A stretch of DNA of 64,000 nucleotides from Schizochytrium sp. TIO01 (Eukaryota; Protista; Bigyra: Labyrinthulomycetes): positions 6,678,761 through 6,742,760 of the forward strand of contig SMSO01000031.1 of the NCBI GenBank assembly GCA_004764695.1. The letters run 5' to 3'. Shown piece by piece: positions 57,157-64,000 of the stretch. The notes beneath the pieces were generated by a model, which saw only the letters and a list, made by a program, of their open reading frames with translations, did no database searches and was not told the origin of the DNA. The position numbers and the translations under genes were made by a program. Within the stretch, counting starts at the first letter, position 1; each line of letters starts with the position of its first letter.

Positions 57157-57506
57157 GCGAACGAAAGTTCTGCATCAGCAACTTGCAAACAAATATACAT
57201 CTACTTTTATCAAATAATAAAACATTACTCCCCCCTTTATATCTCTTCTGCTATCGTCTCATTTCTGATTGGCATCTAGTCAACTCGTGACCTCGTGTGC
57301 CTTGTTACATTTTTGCTGCTGCAACATAAGACATAATTCGCCGTCAAGACAAGTTTATACAAAATATGTTGTAATTTCTTTCAGAGTATGTTTGTTATAC
57401 TTTCAATAGTATTTGGAACGCTGGGAACATGCTGCAATTGAAGAAAAAACGCTGTCCCTATGTGAGATGAAAATTGATTACAAGTTTATGTGCATGAAAA
57501 ACAACT

Positions 57507-58958
57507 TTAAGCCGCAGTAATATGGGCAGATGAACTGAAGGTAGGTAAAGTTTTCTTAAGCTTTGTGCCATTCGTCTGTTCTTCCAATGTGATGTCTTCC
57601 TCATCAAAACCGTGCTCAACTCGTCCTGAACGTTTTATTTTGTTCAACTCCATATCACAAGTGCGTCGAGTACCTTCAAGATCTTCGTCATAGCGGTCAC
57701 GGCCACGGCCATCACAAGGAGCATGGAAACAACGCAACAAAAAGTAAAAGAGAACGAATTCAACAAAAAGCCACATGACAGCGAGCATTGGAAAACTCAA
57801 AGCTTCGCCACGACTACAGCCTTCAAAAGTATTTCCAATAAGAGCAAAAGCAACACCAAAATTTTGAACCCCTGTTTCAATGCCAATTGTACGCTGCTCT
57901 TTACGATGAAGTTTGCTGCAGGCGCTAACAGCCATGCCAATAAGTAGCCCAAGAGGCAGGTAAATTGCTGTTGCTGCCCACAACATGGGAAAACTTGTGT
58001 AGTCAAAAATTTCGCGATTCTCGTTTACCACAGATCCGAAAGCACCGCCAAGAAATGCCAAGCCAAGAACACTTCCAATTCGTGCAGTGTACTTTGCGGC
58101 AGGCTTCGAAAAGTACAATACAATCATTCCTACCAGCATACTGATCACTACGACTAGCATAGTACAGACAATACGAGCGAATGGGATAGCACGTACACCT
58201 TCGTTCAGGCCAAGGCCTAAGTTACCGTACAGATAAACGTTGAAGGGCATCCACACCACAGCGAAGCAGGAGGATAGTACTGCAAGCACAATCGAAACTG
58301 GCCAGTTTCCCTTTGTTATGTAACTCAGTAGATTAGAGGTAATACCACAAGGAGAGGAACCTACGATCACTGCTCCAACAGCAACGAGGTCACTGAAACC
58401 AAAAATCTTCGAAATGACAAATGCAAGCAAAGGCATTATAATGAATTGAGCGAGTAATCCTACCACGATACTCCGTTTGTGCTGGCCAAATACCTCTCGC
58501 ACAGCAGCAAACCGCACTGTGGCGCCCATTGACATCGACACGCAGACAACGAGAATCCAGCTAAGGATTGCGAATGTGTCCAGGACCTGCTCACATGATA
58601 TTGCGATCTCAATCACTTCCTCGTTGCATACAGCCAGGGCATCACTTAAGTCTACCGAACATGCTCCTTCGCCACGGCACTTGGCTTGAAGTGCTGATTT
58701 TGCAGACTTACAAGGCACAACATTCCCTTCGAGATCGCCATATATCTCCGTATTAGTTGATGCATCATAGCAGGTACTGTTGAGGCTCGCTGATGTACTG
58801 ATTTTGACAATATTCGCATGTGCTGCCTTGCACGAGAGGTTTACGATGGGGTCATCTAATGTTGCAGTCTCGCAAACCGTCAATGAGCACGACCTTGTGA
58901 CATCTGCTTGCACTACGTATGCTGCAAGTACAAACGTACAAAGCTTGATCAAGCGCAT
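57507..58958 (-). CDS. SLC10/BASS bile acid:Na+ symporter with signal peptide and Cys-rich (SUEL lectin-like) N-terminal ectodomain
   Basis: SMGAT, GLLAQFIIMPLLAF, GSSPCGITSN and RTIGIETGVQN are SLC10 motifs. N-terminal signal peptide plus a ~100-aa domain with about 8 Cys. Confidence 0.9.
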   Translation of the reverse strand: MRLIKLCTFVLAAYVVQADVTRSCSLTVCETATLDDPIVNLSCKAAHANIVKISTSASLNSTCYDASTNTEIYGDLEGNVVPCKSAKSALQAKCRGEGACSVDLSDALAVCNEEVIEIAISCEQVLDTFAILSWILVVCVSMSMGATVRFAAVREVFGQHKRSIVVGLLAQFIIMPLLAFVISKIFGFSDLVAVGAVIVGSSPCGITSNLLSYITKGNWPVSIVLAVLSSCFAVVWMPFNVYLYGNLGLGLNEGVRAIPFARIVCTMLVVVISMLVGMIVLYFSKPAAKYTARIGSVLGLAFLGGAFGSVVNENREIFDYTSFPMLWAATAIYLPLGLLIGMAVSACSKLHRKEQRTIGIETGVQNFGVAFALIGNTFEGCSRGEALSFPMLAVMWLFVEFVLFYFLLRCFHAPCDGRGRDRYDEDLEGTRRTCDMELNKIKRSGRVEHGFDEEDITLEEQTNGTKLKKTLPTFSSSAHITAA

Positions 58959-60357
58959 TTTGCTACAGAACTTTGATTCGCTTTTAAGAAATCAAGAAAT
59001 TGGTTTTGCAGAGACGCTGTAAAGCTCTAGTGTGTAAATAACCCCTATATCGTGGGCTTGCCCACGGTTGGTGCCACGAAAATAGCCTTTTCTTCGTTGA
59101 GGTTTTCCACAACTGCCAAAATCTCAACAGCACACGAAGTTCTTTACCGCGCGGTGCTGGTCTCCCTTTGTGTAGTATCGTGCTGAAGCAAAGTAACGTT
59201 GTGTCTCTATCCAGTCTACTTCAAGTCGCCCGCGACACTGTGCATCCCAAACGCAGGCTTGTTGTTCTTTGTTGTTATGTCACCTTCGCACCCTCTTCCC
59301 CGGCGAGAGAATGTCCACATTAAAGATTTACCCTCGACTTCGCTGGCAAGCGACCGAGGTCCTCTTTTACATTAAAGATTTCCCTAAAATATGTTACTGT
59401 CAATAATGAAATTAAGCTTCACGGCGTCAAGTGCCAAGATTTCTTAGTGCTTACAACTTTGACAAACATGAAGATCATCAAAACAATCTCTATTGCTTGT
59501 CTGTATAACAACAGGTCACCTGGGAAAACAAGGGCGGCCAGAGCAAGCGTGGATTCAAAGCAGCAGCTTCAAACCCAGCTTGAACTCGAACGACGAAGAG
59601 TATTTTCTTTTAAGTCGGCAGCGCGTCGGAAGTTCGCTGAGGCTGTGCCTTGTGGTCCACGACGACTTTTGCATCACAGCCGTTCAAGTGTGCTTTGTGG
59701 AGATGCCTACTCTGAGGGAAGAACAAACAAGCCCACTGGCCCTAGCCTACGCTTGAGACTAGCATGCAGTGTTTCAAGCGGCTCTTGCGCGGTGGCGAAG
59801 CGTAGAGACTACTTCAAGAGCCTTGACTGAGCTACATGAGGTGCATCGTGATCTGGTTAGAACTCGTTTTGCTTCCAAGAGGATGGATTCTTCCTCTGTC
59901 CTGCTACTACTATCAGTTATCGGTAAATGTCTTTATGCTACTCATTCAGGATATCAAAAGAGATATAGTACAAGGCATTTTGGATTCCTTTTGGTTCATT
60001 TCCGAGCCTTCAGGAATTGTTGTTTTCTTCTACATCTAGCCGGCCTTCAAGACCTTGCATTGATACTAATTCCACACAAAAGTGCATGTTTCATGCGATA
60101 AATTATGAGCCAAACTTAAGAATGCTATTGTAGCGTGAAAGTGATTGACAACAATCTTGGTGATAGGAAAAGGCTTGCCTAAGTTGCTCAAGAGGTCCAT
60201 GAATACATTCCGAACCTTCATAGTGCATTCATGCGCAGGCCTCTATGCAAATTGGTCGGTTCATACAATTCAAAGCGTAAGCATAAAGTGGTTTAATATG
60301 TTTAGATGATAGATGATCGATTACGAGGAATTCGTCGCCAAAGGCTATGCAATTTAG

Positions 60358-61644
60358 TTAGCTGCTAGGGCAGAGATTGGAGAAGAGTTTGGAAACACTT
60401 CCAAGCTCCGTCTGAAAAGCAATGGACGCGTCAACTTGATTGCCCAACTTCCTGGCAAAGCTAAAATCAAGCACGAGAACTCGGTCTTTTTCTTTACAAT
60501 AAACAAAGTGATGGAGCGCAATGTTCCTATGCAGAACTCCTGCTTCATGCAACGCACGTACAGCATGCAAGGCTTGTGTTTTGGTGCTAGGGTTCTCTCG
60601 AATGAGAGAGGGTGTCAAAGGCTGACCAGCGCCTAAAGTTGCAATGCACATGGGGCCCATCGGCTCGAGCTCACCATAAACACAACGAGGCACGAAGACA
60701 CCTTGAAGGTGAGAAAGGGGTCCACTGTACATAGATAGTTCGTTTGAGTAAAGGTTTTGGGGTTCTTCTTTTGGTAATTTAGAAGATCCCACTTTGGGTC
60801 CATCTTCACAATAGAACTTTACGTACATGCTATGAGGGGAATAAACACCAAGGAATGGCATTCTACTAACTTCACTCACCTCGGAAGAAGAAACCTTCTC
60901 TGACTTTTGAATGGATCGAAATAGCACTGATTGGAAGATTTTCGTGGACAGCGGCAGGCATCCCATGAACATGCTTCGTGACTTTTGATATGCGTCAAAC
61001 TGAGCTTGCCGTTTCTGTAATTTATTTTCATTTTGAGTTTCCTTATCCTGAATGACTACTTTTTGTTCAAAGCTCTCGCTTCTGGGTACCGGTGCCGTGG
61101 TGTTTGCTGTCGAGCGAAATGATTCTTTACGAATATGATGCGCCCTTGCCAATACTGCAGCGGAAGGCTTTACAGGTGTGCACAAAACACTAGAGCAACT
61201 GCTCAGTACAGATGATATTGACGGTGATCGAGTTAAGACAGGTTGCTCTGACGCTGTTTTCGGGACGCTGGTACAGTTTGATTGAGCAATAGGGGTGTCT
61301 TCTTCGGAGTTACTCTCGTTTTCTCCTTTAGGACGTACACGAATCTCCAACTTTAGCCGCAGGTTTCTAGGGAGATGCTCATACACGAGGCAGCGTTTCG
61401 TCCCTCGTTGGGCATCCGCTACTAAGCGAAACTCTTGCTTTTGATCTCCTCCAGAAAAGCTTGGATGACGTACGCTCATGAGCAAAGCCTTTCGCAAGTT
61501 ACGTTCCGCTATTTCGTCGCTCGATGGAGCTTTACTTTGACACATATCCTGAGGATTTTCCGGAGACGATGATTGCGTCCATGTCTCCACTCTCTGTTCT
61601 AGTGATACGCCAGCAGCTTCAATAGCCTGGACCACCCCTTCCAT
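60358..61644 (-). CDS. Protein with C-terminal minimal protein-kinase-like domain, probable pseudokinase
   Basis: YVKF...NELSMY...LSHLQGVFVPR...ALHEAGVLHRNI...VLVLDFSFA. The catalytic-loop Asp is replaced by Asn. Confidence 0.7.
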   Translation of the reverse strand: MEGVVQAIEAAGVSLEQRVETWTQSSSPENPQDMCQSKAPSSDEIAERNLRKALLMSVRHPSFSGGDQKQEFRLVADAQRGTKRCLVYEHLPRNLRLKLEIRVRPKGENESNSEEDTPIAQSNCTSVPKTASEQPVLTRSPSISSVLSSCSSVLCTPVKPSAAVLARAHHIRKESFRSTANTTAPVPRSESFEQKVVIQDKETQNENKLQKRQAQFDAYQKSRSMFMGCLPLSTKIFQSVLFRSIQKSEKVSSSEVSEVSRMPFLGVYSPHSMYVKFYCEDGPKVGSSKLPKEEPQNLYSNELSMYSGPLSHLQGVFVPRCVYGELEPMGPMCIATLGAGQPLTPSLIRENPSTKTQALHAVRALHEAGVLHRNIALHHFVYCKEKDRVLVLDFSFARKLGNQVDASIAFQTELGSVSKLFSNLCPSS

Positions 61645-64000
61645 TTTACTATCCTTACGCTGCTCTCAAGAGCTCTATGTTCTGGTGCTTTATGTTGCTA
61701 ATTTGGTTTTGTTGGCCGTCTGGGTCCGCTTGAGCGAGCCGGCCTTTTCGTCCAGCTTCCGCTACTCTTTTGTTCGAGTCAGCTTTGCTTCAAGTTGGCT
61801 TCAAGTCTGCGTCAAGTTAAATCTCCAGCTCAATCGCATTTGCAGTCTGCCTCATCATTTACCGCTCCTCCGTTTTTTTTCCGACCGTCAAATGGGTACT
61901 CCACAACTTCAGTTTCCGCGGCGACCATCATTGTGTTTAACATCGCCGTGGTACCACCAACGATTGTGCTGCTGGTAAATTCCATAAAACTTGATCATTG
62001 AGTAGCGCAAGCAAGATCTTACTTGCCACGTCAAATCGCGTGCCCCGACTCGGAGTTCTGTCACACTGCCGCTGCAACCATGATCATCGCATTGCGTTGC
62101 ATTGCATTTGCATTCAATGCTGTGGCCATGGCAGAGATCGCAGTCATGCTCATCGTCAGGTTCTTTGGGTTGGCGACGCCAAACTTGGAGTTCAAGTTGA
62201 AGCATCGTTGATGGGGCCGCTCTTTTCACCAGAACGCATGTTTTGGAAGGCACGTGCAGGAACTTTTCTATATTTAGAATATAAAAACGTAGGAAAATAT
62301 AGCAGAATAGAGACGAGGGAAAAAAGAAGGCAAGAAAGACCCCATTTTGCTTCAGGTTGAAGATTGGTCTTCAGGCTGGAACTCTCCGCGCTGCAATTTA
62401 TTTTTGATCTAGTTTATCTCGCAAGGTCCAGGCTGCTCATCATACACATGAAGATGAACGAGGGATCACATCTGTGTCTTCTGGAGTTTTTAGTTTTTTA
62501 TTTTTCAACTTGAGGGTTCTTCAAATAGTACCCACGTACGTACTACCAATGAGCAGGTGCTCTTAAGGTAAATGATAAGTAGGTGGGGCTAGTGCCGTGG
62601 GTTCTGGTAAATTTGCAAACCTTTATGTTAGAGTAGGCAATTCTTTGGCAAAATCGAAGGCAATCGAGAGTCGCAGAATAAGCTGAGAATGAAAGGAAGG
62701 ATCGCAATTCCAACTCTACACTCATGCTGGCTCTGCACAGGAACCCATGGTCGACCTTGGCATAACAGTTTGACCAGTGACAGGAGAGAGCTTTAAGAAC
62801 CGCGAGCTAGGACTGGTTTGGGGGCAATTGAACAGCGTACAGACTAGCAGGCGAGCAAGCACTCGGGTGTAACTTGGATCCTGGTGAGGCGAGCTATAGC
62901 AGAGATCTGATACGCTAGTAATGAGGGGCCTCGAGCAGTTTCCAGAGAGTGCCGCTGGTAAAAACTCGAAGGTTCCGCATCTGAACTATGTCCTGACGTT
63001 TTTCCTGAGCGAGTACTGGGAATAGCGACGTTGCAGTCTCCAATGTTCTTATGAGCTACCCTTTGCAACTCGTGTCTTCACTAGTACTAGGTATGTGGAG
63101 TATGAGGCCTTGAGGTACTAGTATTTCACCATACCCTTACGGTGGTGATTGTCTCTTGTCTACCAATCATGCATGGAAGCTGCCAATTATAGTGGATAGC
63201 TTTCAACATGGTGAATGGGCTGCAGAAGCCATTCTCTATCAGTCTGACAAGTCAAGCCAAAAAAGCTGTCAGTGCTGACATGCAGCTGATTCTTCAAGTC
63301 CTTCGCTGATGATACTTTGGACAAATACTTGGATAGGATAACATTTGGATTTGTCAAATTTCATGGTGTGGTGTACAATCGAGCAGATTAAGAACATTCG
63401 GAGACGTTTCCTGCCTGCCTAATACTAACCAAAATGTCAACAGGCAAACAAGCTTGCCAGGATTTCGAGCACCAATGCGAGAACAAGAGAGGCTGTGATG
63501 CGCTAGAGGCAGACGTCATCGACATTGAATGAGACTGCTCGAGACCGTTTGGTTGCTACCAAGGTAACACTATACTAGCACTATACACCAGCTGCATGAA
63601 GTACTTATATGACGAGTTGTGCCTAGATCAGGCTGCCATGATAATAGATTGGCAGCCCACGCACGATTCCAGTGATGAAGGGATTCTTGAGCATTATGTG
63701 CAGATTAATATAGCGCGTGTGCCGAGAGTCACCGGTGTTTGGTCAAGTTTCTATCTAAGGAATGCGGGTCTAGAGCTCTAGTTTTAATTTGCAGCTCATC
63801 GACATTCGATGTTACCGTGGAAGTATTCACAGCCGCAGCTCGATAGATGTCCCCAAGGTCAAATCTACTACAAATAGGCATGAAAATAACTTCAACGTAC
63901 CTGGGGTGATGCTTAGGAACAAAAGTTCACGAGGTAGAGTCATGGCTTTAATCCTCACCATAATGGGAGGAATGTTGGACGTGCTTGTCTTCTTGCAAAG

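Noticed and set aside
59769-59900. ALTELHEVHRDL, resembling a kinase catalytic loop
   Set aside because: No other kinase subdomains could be aligned; too short to call a pseudogene.
62400-64000. Mixed-composition region with short ORFs (possible decayed gene or element)
   Set aside because: No recognisable motifs, terminal repeats or long frame.

Overview
Eukaryotic, intron-poor genomic DNA. Gene content, compact genes and microsatellite-rich spacers suggest a stramenopile protist, probably a thraustochytrid (inference only). Recognisable genes are UVRAG/Vps38, a NACHT-ankyrin (NLR-like) protein, a CPA2 cation/H+ antiporter, succinyl-CoA ligase beta, PYROXD2, clathrin heavy chain, an SLC10 symporter and a kinase-like protein. 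The window also has an F-box-like protein, a large coiled-coil protein, and a two-exon poly-Q putative transcription factor missed by the ORF track. A young, full-length Ty1/copia LTR retrotransposon (12120-17842) has identical LTRs, non-canonical TA...TA ends, a half-tRNA(iMet) primer site and a -1 gag/pol frame change. The strongest unexplained signal is in two long introns on opposite strands (42748-45266 +, and 31647 to at least 32775 -). Each ends in about 920 nt with no AG dinucleotide on the sense strand. Each zone starts with the same two motifs, GATGACTGACG (branch-point-like) and TATTTTTGCTG, and ends at an A/C-rich acceptor. This points to ultra-distant branch points about 900 nt upstream of the 3' splice site.
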